A stretch of DNA of 60,505 nt, counting the filler, from Bilabrum cf. latius (lineage: Eukaryota), in the NCBI GenBank assembly GCA_965178125.1. It is 4 parts of 4 records of this genome, joined end to end, with 100 filler letters (N's around TTAATTAATTAA, not from the genome) between each part and the next. Parts side by side here need not be neighbours in the genome. Positions count along the whole stretch, not along the records: positions 30,747 to 45,743 come from CBCXTV010000058.1; positions 45,844 to 60,505 come from CBCXTV010000059.1; 2 more parts are not named here. The stretch is one strand, 5' to 3'. Each line of letters opens with the position of its first letter. Position 1 is the stretch's first letter. Below are positions 35,468-46,987 of the stretch, piece by piece. The notes under the pieces were generated by a model. The model did no database searches. It saw only the letters and a program-made list of their open reading frames with translations, and had not been told where the DNA came from. A program made the translations under genes and the position numbers.

Positions 35468-36828
35468 CTCGCTTTTCGGGGGCGAAAACAGCACCGAAAT
35501 CGAGGCCGTTTTTTGGCGCACGTGGCTGAAATCGAGCAAGCAATGTACACATGATTCCACCTTTGGAAGTACTTACCACCCTCAGTGGCTTCCGTCATAG
35601 TTTTTCAAGCCATAATCAACGAGATCGCGGACTCGACGCCACAACGCGTGTGGCCACAACCGACAGTTGGCCCCAAACGAACTGTGCTCGAACACCCTCA
35701 AGACCAAACGGCATCCAACTGACCGGAGCACGAAATACACGGACCGCCACCATTCTACTTCTGCCGGAACCGTCGCGGTCCGGCACACGACCCTGCTCGG
35801 ATGCCCCTGACAGCCGCCGCACACGCCTCTTCGGGAACTTGGATACCCGCCACAAGACCCGGGCACGCGTGCCCGAGGGGACCCTTCGGTCCCGCAACAG
35901 AGCCTTGGTCCCACCATGTCCTGACGTTTCACGAACGCCGCAAAATCCGGGCCCGGGTCTCCTGTCCCCACATTACACCTTTCGCCATCATTGACGTCCC
36001 ACCTATCTCCTCCCTCCCACCACGACATCCCAATCCGCCACCAATTACCCGCGCTAACCCGCCACCCACACCACCTGGGGTTGCATCCTTATCCCCGCAC
36101 GTACCCAACCTTCTCACTAGAACTGCTTCTTCTCCCGAATGCCTTTGTCTCTCATCTTCCAAATCCGTGTGCAGCATACGACACATATGACCCACCGGCA
36201 GAAGTCCTGGGACACCACATTCCTTAAGACAACTCTTCCACCACCACATGCATAACACTACCGCCCACTTTGCGCGGGAACCCTTGCAATGAGGTGAAGT
36301 CGACGCAGGTTCTTCCGGAAAGGCCTCTTGGCGACCCCTCTTTTCGCGTCTTTTTGGCCCCCAAAGGTGGTGCCGCCGCCCTCTTTTTTTACTCGGCAAA
36401 AATCGGTGTCACCATTCTCGGCCCTTAAAAATATTAATATGGCGGCGGCACCGCTTTGGGGACACCATGGTTTTTTTCGAGCAAAATGGCCTGTTTTCCT
36501 TGTAAACCCCCAAAAAACACAGGATGGCGGTGACACCGCTTTTTTTCGAGTGAAATGGTCTTCCCTTCGAGAACTGATTTTCGAAGAAAACTCGCCTCTT
36601 CGAAGGTTTTTGTGCTTTTATTCTTGGTCAATCGTGGTGTTTAAACTGTATGTTGAGAACTTTTTGCCGTATTTCGAGTTCATTTTGGGCATGGAAGACT
36701 GACATTTTGTATTTTTTGCCTCTACGTTGGTTCTTTTTCCTGCGTCAGTTCGTGTGCGGTGTGCTTCGACTGATGGGAATGTGCGTGCTTCCTGTTGACA
36801 ACACGGGTGCTCTCCGAGCGGCGCCCGT

Positions 36829-37194
36829 TCAACCCTTCTGGGCTTTGGCTTTCGCTGTACGAGTCTTGACAGCCGTTGCGGAGACTGCGTCTCCGGAGGA
36901 GCCGGGTCGCGCCTGCGGAGGATTCTGTCGCATCCGCAGCACTCCGACGAGATCCTCCTCGTTCAACTGACGCGCCTTACGCTTCAGTCTCGCCTTCCTC
37001 CTCTCTACGTTTTTGAGGTTCTTCGCGACCTGCTTTTTCAGGTCGCGCGCTTTGTTTTTCTCCGCTCTCATGCGGTCGATGTACTCGAGCAAAGTCTCAG
37101 AGTTCCCTACCGCTGCCGGAGGCTTTGGTCGGTCCGACGCCTCCGACCTTGCCGGCGCCGCTTCTACCTCTTGCGCTTCTGCCGTGACCATCAC
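36829..37194 (-). CDS. Basic coiled-coil protein (copy 2)
   Basis: Identical translation to 30882-31247. Confidence 0.65.
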   Translation of the reverse strand: MMVTAEAQEVEAAPARSEASDRPKPPAAVGNSETLLEYIDRMRAEKNKARDLKKQVAKNLKNVERRKARLKRKARQLNEEDLVGVLRMRQNPPQARPGSSGDAVSATAVKTRTAKAKAQKG

Positions 37195-39102
37195 AGCTTC
37201 TTCGCCTTTGTCGATGACGGCATCGACGGACGTGGCCCCAGGCGCACTCCCGGGGATCGCGGCGGCGAGACGGTTCCGCGATCGCTGTCGGCGTCGCTGG
37301 CGGCGTCCTGGGTCGCCATGGCGCCGGTGTGCTGGGTTCTGGGACTAACTCGGCTGACGCTGTCGCGGCCGCCGCGCGTCGGGTGGCAATAGGAGAACGC
37401 TCAGCCCGACGTCGGTATGTCATGCGATGCGCGCGTGGAATGTTATGCATTCGCGGGCCATGCAGCAGAGTTGCGAAAACAGCATCGATGTCGACAATGC
37501 TACGATCCGGGAAGAGACTTTGTAAATCATGGAACGATGGCCACTCATGCACATCCTCGGGCACTGTTTGCCACTGCAGTAAGCTGAGAACGCGTTTTGA
37601 CACACCTACTTGCGAGCCGTCAAGGCCATTGCTGTGGAATGCTTGATCCCACGTGCGTCGTCGTATGACACGATCGAATGCCGCCAGCACGGCGTGGAAA
37701 AGCGCATGTGGCCATCGCTCGCGCGGCAACGCGCGCGCGATGCGGAGCTGACATTCATGTTCAATGGCGCGCTTGTAAATCGCGAAGACGTGCGTGTCGC
37801 AAGGCTGGAGCGCCCACGTCATTTTCGTGGGGATTAGATGGTAGTGGAAATTGAGTCGACTTGCCGTATGCCACACGGCGCGACCCAGGTGAGCTCGATA
37901 CGTGTCCGCGCTAACAGTAAAATGATGCGTGTCTCGGAACGCATGGAGGGCATCCGCGAGCACGCGCAGCGCGCGACACATTAATTTGGTGGTCATCCAC
38001 CCTTTGCGCCTCGCAAGAGAAGCACATTCGGAGGGAGCGCGAGGCGGAGGGCGTCAAATTGCTCGCGACTTACAATGCGGTCTGAGAAGAGGAATATGGT
38101 CGGCAAGTGCGGTTGGATGTCGCTGTTGTTGGCGATGAAGACGATCTGTGTGATCATGCTCCGCATCTCACGCTTCGGAGTCGGTTGACGCAAGCCTCCC
38201 GCTGCGCGAACTCGGCGTCGGGCCTCTTCCACAAGAAAACCTGCCTGTGAAACTGCCGTGAGCCGGATGCTCGTTTCGTCCATGTTCACGTGGACCGGGC
38301 ACTTGTCCGGCGGCGCGAAGGCCCGCAAGAAGTTGCACCATTTCCACACCGCGCGTGCCTCGAAATTCGTTTTGGGCCGGTTTTTTACTCAAATTTGGGG
38401 GGCGTTTTCCGGGCCCAGAGTGTATTTGTTCTATATGTGAGGACTCCGAAACCAGGGCCGCTATATGGCCCCGTTTTGGGTTTTCTTCGTGAAACGTCGG
38501 ATGTGTTTTTGCCACTGTCCGGTGGCCTTTAGGCGTCGTCGATCCACACATTCTGCATCGAGTCGAGGCACGGTTCCGAGCGACACCTGCCAGCGTCGCC
38601 GCCAGCGCCGGCACCACTGTCGGATGCTTTGTCTTCTTCTAGATGCCTCGGGTCCGGCTCCCGCGGATCGGTACCCGTGAGCCTGCGTAATCTCGAGGAA
38701 AACGTTCGTCGTCGGCGCGAGTGTATTGGCGAAGTTCTGCTCGTGAACCCACCTGTGCAGATCATGTTCTCGCAAGAACCGCGATGTCATCGTGGCAGCT
38801 TGTAGACGCTCTGGCGTCCATGGACGTTGTTGCTCTCGGAGCACACCGTCTTCCGTAAGAGTAGCGTGCCATGCACGAAGATTTGCGATCGCGTCGTCAA
38901 GAGTCGGAGCCGGTGCATTCCACCACTTCTGGCGCAGATAAGCCTCTGCGGTGACGACGTCGACCAAGACCGCCAAAAATCGGGCGTGCCCCTCCAGTTG
39001 TGCTATGCGAGCTGTTTGCCGCCGGTGTTGCTCTCTGGCACGACGAACTGCTTGCTGAAGCGCCCGCGTCGCGTTCGCGAGCGACGCGATTGTCGCTTCC
39101 AT
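37097..39102 (-). pseudogene. pogo/Fot1-type DD35D transposase, copy 2 (same frameshift)
   Basis: Copy 1 shifted by +5947. Confidence 0.82.
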
Positions 39103-40886
39103 GGCCCGAGTGTGGTGGTACGATTCGATCGTACACAGGCATATTAAGATGTGTCTCGAGCCGAGAGCAATGCGGGGGCGAGCCACTGATGGGAAGCTTC
39201 ATGTCAAGGCCCATTTCCGACAGTGCGCTCGATCCTGAGCCCCCCTCCCGAACATGCGCCCGTGCGTTGGTGCATGGTATCGGTGTGTCGCGCGCACTTT
39301 TGTGCTGTCGTTACTCGGTCGGTGGTTCGTGTGCAGATGTCCGCACGCCCCTGCCGTGCGCGGTAGACTTGCGGGTGATTTCACTTTCCCGTAATTGCGT
39401 GCCGGAGCGATTATGTCTGATCGATTCTGCGATCATGCTGGGATCGAAATGAAGACGGCGACGGGCTCATTTCATCATTTCGATATGGTGGAGATGGGCA
39501 CAGCCAAACTGTCGTTTCGCCAACGTCACCAGTGGGCGGGCGGGCGGGCAGGCGGGTGGGCGGGCGGGCGGGCGGGCGTGCGGGCGGGCGGGCGTGCGGG
39601 GGGGCGGGCGGGCGGGCGGGCGGGCGGGCGGGCGGGCGCGCGGGCGCGCGGGCCGGCGGGCGGGCGGGCGGGCGCTCGGGCGGGCGGGCGGGCGCCCGGA
39701 CGGGCGGGCGGTCGCCTGCGCGGGCGGGCAGGCGGGCGGGCGGGCGGACGGGCGGGCGGGCGGGCGGGCGCGGGCGGGCGGGCGGGCGGGCGCTTGCGGG
39801 TGGGCAGTCGGACGCGGTCGGGCGCGCGGGCCGGCGCGGGCGGGCGCGCGGGCGCGGGCGGGCAGGCGGGCGGGTGCGGGCGGGCGAGCACGCTTACCGC
39901 CAAACATAAGGAACGCTCGATTGCGCAACGGAGATACTGACGACATGAGACCACTTCATGCGCGGGACGGCTGAAGGCTCGTTTCCCGGCTGAAGATGGA
40001 GCCGCGATGGTTCCTTCCTCGGCTGACAATCTCGAAAGCATGTGCATTGACAAACAAGCCTTGGCATCCCAGATCGTGTCACACCTTACATACGACCCAT
40101 ACGGTTCCGGATGCGCCCTGGGGTGGTCGGGGCTGCGGGACGGGAGGCCGGTGGGAGGGGAGGGAGGAGTATGTGGATGGGGGGGGCGGGTTGGTCGTGC
40201 GCGTGGGTGTGTCGGGGCGGGTGGGTGGGGATGAAGGTGGTGGGTCGACGAGAGGGTTAGGACGGATGGTCGGGCGGGTGGTTGCCTGTGGATGATGTCG
40301 GAGCGCGTCACATGCGCTCGATCCAAGTCGGTTTCGCGCGCCGGAGTCGCGTAGCCGTGCTGGCGACGCACCGTCCGGTGAGGCGCGTGTTCCGTCCTCG
40401 CGCCTCGCTGCCGTCGACGGCTGCCCCGGCGGCAAAGGTGCCGGCCGGCGACTCCAGCGCGCGTGCAGCCCGTTCGCGTTCCGCAGTCGTGGTCCAATGC
40501 CGTCATTCGCAGCGTATCGGAACGCGACCTCAGTATGCTAGCGTGCTTGTCGCGAGCTCGCACACACATTCGCTGGCCGTCGCATGGTTTGCGCAGCATG
40601 GTCGGCTGTTACGCAAATCGGTTCTTTGTGCGGTCGCCGTCGCACTGACATGAGAACGAATGCATCCTGACTGCTTGCGGCTCCTGACATAACCCGACAG
40701 TATTCATGCTGCGACCGGAACATGCGTGACCCAAAAATGCCCGACAAGCCGGATGATTGTGGAGCGCCGAGTTCGGCTCTCGTGCGGTAGCGGATCCAAT
40801 AGTGGTATGGAAGATCTGAGCGTTTTGCATCATCGGGCCTTTCCCGTGCCTCGTGCGAATCGGCTACTCGAAACGACTCTGGGCTG

Positions 40887-41204
40887 CTCTCTCAGAGCGC
40901 TCTCTCAGAGCGCTCTCTCAGAGCGCTCTCTCAGAGCGCTCTCTCAGAGCGCTCTCTCAGAGCGCTCTCTCAGAGCGTTCTCTCAGAGCGCTCTCTCAAA
41001 TCGCTCTACCAGATCGCTCTCTCAGAGCGCTCTCTCAGAGCGCTCTCTCAGAGCGCTCTCTCAGAGCGCTCTCCCAGATCGCTCTCTCAGAGCGCTCTCT
41101 CAGAGCGCTCTCTCAGAGCGCTCTCCCAGATCGCTCTCTCAGAGCGCTCTCTCAGAGCGCTCTCAGAGCGATCTCTCAGAGCGCTCTCTCAGAGCGCTCT
41201 CTCA
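40887..41204. repeat. 13-bp minisatellite, second array
   Basis: Same as 34940-35257. Confidence 0.95.
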
Positions 41205-42775
41205 CAGCCCAAATTCGTCCTCTACTGCGCGCGGATTCTCTGACCCCCCCCCCGCCCCGGGGATAGGAAAGGGGGACCAGACTTGGGGCCGCAGGAAGGT
41301 GACGAATCCGCGGCGCCTATTTCAGGACCGCGAGCCTGGTTTTGAGACCGTTTCCGGCCCAGGAAAATGGACACGAAAAAGTGAAGCCCGACAGTCGGGC
41401 TTCACTTTTTCGTGCTCGCTTTTCGGGGGCGAAAACAGCACCGAAATCGAGGCCGTTTTTTGGCGCACGTGGCTGAAATCGAGCAAGCAATGTACACATG
41501 ATTCCACCTTTGGAAGTACTTACCACCCTCAGTGGCTTCCGTCATAGTTTTTCAAGCCATAATCAACGAGATCGCGGACTCGACGCCACAACGCGTGTGG
41601 CCACAACCGACAGTTGGCCCCAAACGAACTGTGCTCGAACACCCTCAAGACCAAACGGCATCCAACTGACCGGAGCACGAAATACACGGACCGCCACCAT
41701 TCTACTTCTGCCGGAACCGTCGCGGTCCGGCACACGACCCTGCTCGGATGCCCCTGACAGCCGCCGCACACGCCTCTTCGGGAACTTGGATACCCGCCAC
41801 AAGACCCGGGCACGCGTGCCCGAGGGGACCCTTCGGTCCCGCAACAGAGCCTTGGTCCCACCATGTCCTGACGTTTCACGAACGCCGCAAAATCCGGGCC
41901 CGGGTCTCCTGTCCCCACATTACACCTTTCGCCATCATTGACGTCCCACCTATCTCCTCCCTCCCACCACGACATCCCAATCCGCCACCAATTACCCGCG
42001 CTAACCCGCCACCCACACCACCTGGGGTTGCATCCTTATCCCCGCACGTACCCAACCTTCTCACTAGAACTGCTTCTTCTCCCGAATGCCTTTGTCTCTC
42101 ATCTTCCAAATCCGTGTGCAGCATACGACACATATGACCCACCGGCAGAAGTCCTGGGACACCACATTCCTTAAGACAACTCTTCCACCACCACATGCAT
42201 AACACTACCGCCCACTTTGCGCGGGAACCCTTGCAATGAGGTGAAGTCGACGCAGGTTCTTCCGGAAAGGCCTCTTGGCGACCCCTCTTTTCGCGTCTTT
42301 TTGGCCCCCAAAGGTGGTGCCGCCGCCCTCTTTTTTTACTCGGCAAAAATCGGTGTCACCATTCTCGGCCCTTAAAAATATTAATATGGCGGCGGCACCG
42401 CTTTGGGGACACCATGGTTTTTTTCGAGCAAAATGGCCTGTTTTCCTTGTAAACCCCCAAAAAACACAGGATGGCGGTGACACCGCTTTTTTTCGAGTGA
42501 AATGGTCTTCCCTTCGAGAACTGATTTTCGAAGAAAACTCGCCTCTTCGAAGGTTTTTGTGCTTTTATTCTTGGTCAATCGTGGTGTTTAAACTGTATGT
42601 TGAGAACTTTTTGCCGTATTTCGAGTTCATTTTGGGCATGGAAGACTGACATTTTGTATTTTTTGCCTCTACGTTGGTTCTTTTTCCTGCGTCAGTTCGT
42701 GTGCGGTGTGCTTCGACTGATGGGAATGTGCGTGCTTCCTGTTGACAACACGGGTGCTCTCCGAGCGGCGCCCGT

Positions 42776-43141
42776 TCAACCCTTCTGGGCTTTGGCTTTC
42801 GCTGTACGAGTCTTGACAGCCGTTGCGGAGACTGCGTCTCCGGAGGAGCCGGGTCGCGCCTGCGGAGGATTCTGTCGCATCCGCAGCACTCCGACGAGAT
42901 CCTCCTCGTTCAACTGACGCGCCTTACGCTTCAGTCTCGCCTTCCTCCTCTCTACGTTTTTGAGGTTCTTCGCGACCTGCTTTTTCAGGTCGCGCGCTTT
43001 GTTTTTCTCCGCTCTCATGCGGTCGATGTACTCGAGCAAAGTCTCAGAGTTCCCTACCGCTGCCGGAGGCTTTGGTCGGTCCGACGCCTCCGACCTTGCC
43101 GGCGCCGCTTCTACCTCTTGCGCTTCTGCCGTGACCATCAC
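42776..43141 (-). CDS. Basic coiled-coil protein (copy 3)
   Basis: Identical translation to 30882-31247. Confidence 0.65.
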   Translation of the reverse strand: MMVTAEAQEVEAAPARSEASDRPKPPAAVGNSETLLEYIDRMRAEKNKARDLKKQVAKNLKNVERRKARLKRKARQLNEEDLVGVLRMRQNPPQARPGSSGDAVSATAVKTRTAKAKAQKG

Positions 43142-45049
43142 AGCTTCTTCGCCTTTGTCGATGACGGCATCGACGGACGTGGCCCCAGGCGCACTCCCGG
43201 GGATCGCGGCGGCGAGACGGTTCCGCGATCGCTGTCGGCGTCGCTGGCGGCGTCCTGGGTCGCCATGGCGCCGGTGTGCTGGGTTCTGGGACTAACTCGG
43301 CTGACGCTGTCGCGGCCGCCGCGCGTCGGGTGGCAATAGGAGAACGCTCAGCCCGACGTCGGTATGTCATGCGATGCGCGCGTGGAATGTTATGCATTCG
43401 CGGGCCATGCAGCAGAGTTGCGAAAACAGCATCGATGTCGACAATGCTACGATCCGGGAAGAGACTTTGTAAATCATGGAACGATGGCCACTCATGCACA
43501 TCCTCGGGCACTGTTTGCCACTGCAGTAAGCTGAGAACGCGTTTTGACACACCTACTTGCGAGCCGTCAAGGCCATTGCTGTGGAATGCTTGATCCCACG
43601 TGCGTCGTCGTATGACACGATCGAATGCCGCCAGCACGGCGTGGAAAAGCGCATGTGGCCATCGCTCGCGCGGCAACGCGCGCGCGATGCGGAGCTGACA
43701 TTCATGTTCAATGGCGCGCTTGTAAATCGCGAAGACGTGCGTGTCGCAAGGCTGGAGCGCCCACGTCATTTTCGTGGGGATTAGATGGTAGTGGAAATTG
43801 AGTCGACTTGCCGTATGCCACACGGCGCGACCCAGGTGAGCTCGATACGTGTCCGCGCTAACAGTAAAATGATGCGTGTCTCGGAACGCATGGAGGGCAT
43901 CCGCGAGCACGCGCAGCGCGCGACACATTAATTTGGTGGTCATCCACCCTTTGCGCCTCGCAAGAGAAGCACATTCGGAGGGAGCGCGAGGCGGAGGGCG
44001 TCAAATTGCTCGCGACTTACAATGCGGTCTGAGAAGAGGAATATGGTCGGCAAGTGCGGTTGGATGTCGCTGTTGTTGGCGATGAAGACGATCTGTGTGA
44101 TCATGCTCCGCATCTCACGCTTCGGAGTCGGTTGACGCAAGCCTCCCGCTGCGCGAACTCGGCGTCGGGCCTCTTCCACAAGAAAACCTGCCTGTGAAAC
44201 TGCCGTGAGCCGGATGCTCGTTTCGTCCATGTTCACGTGGACCGGGCACTTGTCCGGCGGCGCGAAGGCCCGCAAGAAGTTGCACCATTTCCACACCGCG
44301 CGTGCCTCGAAATTCGTTTTGGGCCGGTTTTTTACTCAAATTTGGGGGGCGTTTTCCGGGCCCAGAGTGTATTTGTTCTATATGTGAGGACTCCGAAACC
44401 AGGGCCGCTATATGGCCCCGTTTTGGGTTTTCTTCGTGAAACGTCGGATGTGTTTTTGCCACTGTCCGGTGGCCTTTAGGCGTCGTCGATCCACACATTC
44501 TGCATCGAGTCGAGGCACGGTTCCGAGCGACACCTGCCAGCGTCGCCGCCAGCGCCGGCACCACTGTCGGATGCTTTGTCTTCTTCTAGATGCCTCGGGT
44601 CCGGCTCCCGCGGATCGGTACCCGTGAGCCTGCGTAATCTCGAGGAAAACGTTCGTCGTCGGCGCGAGTGTATTGGCGAAGTTCTGCTCGTGAACCCACC
44701 TGTGCAGATCATGTTCTCGCAAGAACCGCGATGTCATCGTGGCAGCTTGTAGACGCTCTGGCGTCCATGGACGTTGTTGCTCTCGGAGCACACCGTCTTC
44801 CGTAAGAGTAGCGTGCCATGCACGAAGATTTGCGATCGCGTCGTCAAGAGTCGGAGCCGGTGCATTCCACCACTTCTGGCGCAGATAAGCCTCTGCGGTG
44901 ACGACGTCGACCAAGACCGCCAAAAATCGGGCGTGCCCCTCCAGTTGTGCTATGCGAGCTGTTTGCCGCCGGTGTTGCTCTCTGGCACGACGAACTGCTT
45001 GCTGAAGCGCCCGCGTCGCGTTCGCGAGCGACGCGATTGTCGCTTCCAT
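43044..45049 (-). pseudogene. pogo/Fot1-type DD35D transposase, copy 3 (same frameshift)
   Basis: Copy 1 shifted by +11894. Confidence 0.82.
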
Positions 45050-45743
45050 GGCCCGAGTGTGGTGGTACGATTCGATCGTACACAGGCATATTAAGATGTG
45101 TCTCGAGCCGAGAGCAATGCGGGGGCGAGCCACTGATGGGAAGCTTCATGTCAAGGCCCATTTCCGACAGTGCGCTCGATCCTGAGCCCCCCTCCCGAAC
45201 ATGCGCCCGTGCGTTGGTGCATGGTATCGGTGTGTCGCGCGCACTTTTGTGCTGTCGTTACTCGGTCGGTGGTTCGTGTGCAGATGTCCGCACGCCCCTG
45301 CCGTGCGCGGTAGACTTGCGGGTGATTTCACTTTCCCGTAATTGCGTGCCGGAGCGATTATGTCTGATCGATTCTGCGATCATGCTGGGATCGAAATGAA
45401 GACGGCGACGGGCTCATTTCATCATTTCGATATGGTGGAGATGGGCACAGCCAAACTGTCGTTTCGCCAACGTCACCAGTGGGCGGGCGGGCGGGCAGGC
45501 GGGTGGGCGGGCGGGCGGGCGGGCGTGCGGGCGGGCGGGCGTGCGGGGGGGCGGGCGGGCGGGCGGGCGGGCGGGCGGGCGGGCGCGCGGGCGCGCGGGC
45601 CGGCGGGCGGGCGGGCGGGCGCTCGGGCGGGCGGGCGGGCGCCCGGACGGGCGGGCGGTCGCCTGCGCGGGCGGGCAGGCGGGCGGGCGGGCGGACGGGC
45701 GGGCGGGCGGGCGGGCGCGGGCGGGCGGGCGGGCGGGCGCTTG

Positions 45744-45843
45744 NNNNNNNNNNNNNNNNNNNNNNNNNNNNNNNNNNNNNNNNNNNNTTAATTAATTAAN
45801 NNNNNNNNNNNNNNNNNNNNNNNNNNNNNNNNNNNNNNNNNNN
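45744..45843. other. Artificial contig linker
   Basis: N44-TTAATTAATTAA-N44. Confidence 0.98.
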
Positions 45844-46221
45844 ACGGATATTTCTTTCGTTCGTTCCCCCTTCCCTTCGTTTGTGTTTCCCGTATTTTTT
45901 GCCGTTTTGAGCCTTCTCCCTCTGTTTTCTGACCCCCTTGTTTCTTTGCTGTGTAAGTTTGGTCTCCGATTCATGCGCATGGATGGCAGGTTCTGAAACC
46001 GCGGGGCGAAGCATTGAGTAGGGGACATGCTGATATGGTGCTGTCGCGTTTCATTTTGCGAGCAACGTAAAGCACGGTTCGAAGTTCGTATGTGGAAATT
46101 TTGGGATGTTGATGCAAGCGAGCGTGTAGGAATTCGGTTCCGCGCATTCACTCGTTTTTACGTGCGCATTCATACATGGCTTTCAGGAAAGTCCCGCCTG
46201 TGCGCATACGTTGTCGCCAAC

Positions 46222-46611
46222 ATGGCGAGCGATACCCACGCGCGTTGGGTCACAGCGCTCTTGGAGCGACAAGTCGGCGCCCAGAGTGGTGCCCTTACTG
46301 TCGATTCCGTGACTTGTCTCGGTGAACGGCAGGACGACGGAAGCACCAGACTGGTGGTGCGGGCAACGTGGCGCGTTAACGTCGAGCGCCCGCCGGGTTT
46401 GCTCACGTTGCATGCGCGCATCACCGGCGCGGAGTTTTTCCCCTTCGTCACTGGACGTGCCGGAGATGGCAGCGTCCCCCCGAGCGGCGAGTTGTGGAAC
46501 GACGACCGCCGCGCTGGCGAGGCGCGACGCGCGGCGCGCCGCAACGCGGACTCGACCAGCGGTCGATCGCGCTCACCCCCAGCGCCTGCCAGGCAGCGCC
46601 GCGGCGGCTGA
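46222..46611 (+). CDS. Hypothetical protein with basic RSRSP tail
   Basis: ATG-initiated part (MASDTHARW...) of ORF 46027-46611; same strand as neighbouring genes. Confidence 0.4.
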   Translation: MASDTHARWVTALLERQVGAQSGALTVDSVTCLGERQDDGSTRLVVRATWRVNVERPPGLLTLHARITGAEFFPFVTGRAGDGSVPPSGELWNDDRRAGEARRAARRNADSTSGRSRSPPAPARQRRGG

Positions 46612-46987
46612 TGCGGTGAGTGATCGCGTTGAACTAAACGAGCCTTTCGCCGTGGTTCGACGTCATGTCCAGAGGGGTCGGGCGCGCGAGCGCGTGCGAT
46701 GGCGTGGATGCCGTCGTGGCCTTCACGACTCCTGCAGCGGGCCGCTGTTCGACTCGAGGATGATGCACATTGTCATTTCATGCATATGAACGTTGAAATT
46801 TCCGATTTTCAGTTGTTGCGGGTGTTTGGCGATTGGTTTTGTTTCACTGGATGAAACATGTGGGAAATGCTGTGTATGCGGAAGATGCAGATTGCACATA
46901 TTCAGGTCGTGACATAACATGTGCTGACGTATGTGAGCGATACGGAATCCAAATCCGTCCGCGCTCATCGCGTCATTTTTTGCTGGG

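Larger units (their letters stand above)
30747..45743 (-). mobile_element. Head-to-tail array of a 5947-bp unit (30747-36693, 36694-42640, partial 42641-45743); Rep-less relative of the contig-4 element
   Basis: All ORFs recur at exactly +5947 with identical translations; homologous (inverted) to 49961-55093 plus 59480-59915. Confidence 0.95.

Noticed and set aside
34779-35600. SLRALSQSALSER repeat protein
   Set aside because: Translation artefact of the stop-free 13-bp minisatellite.
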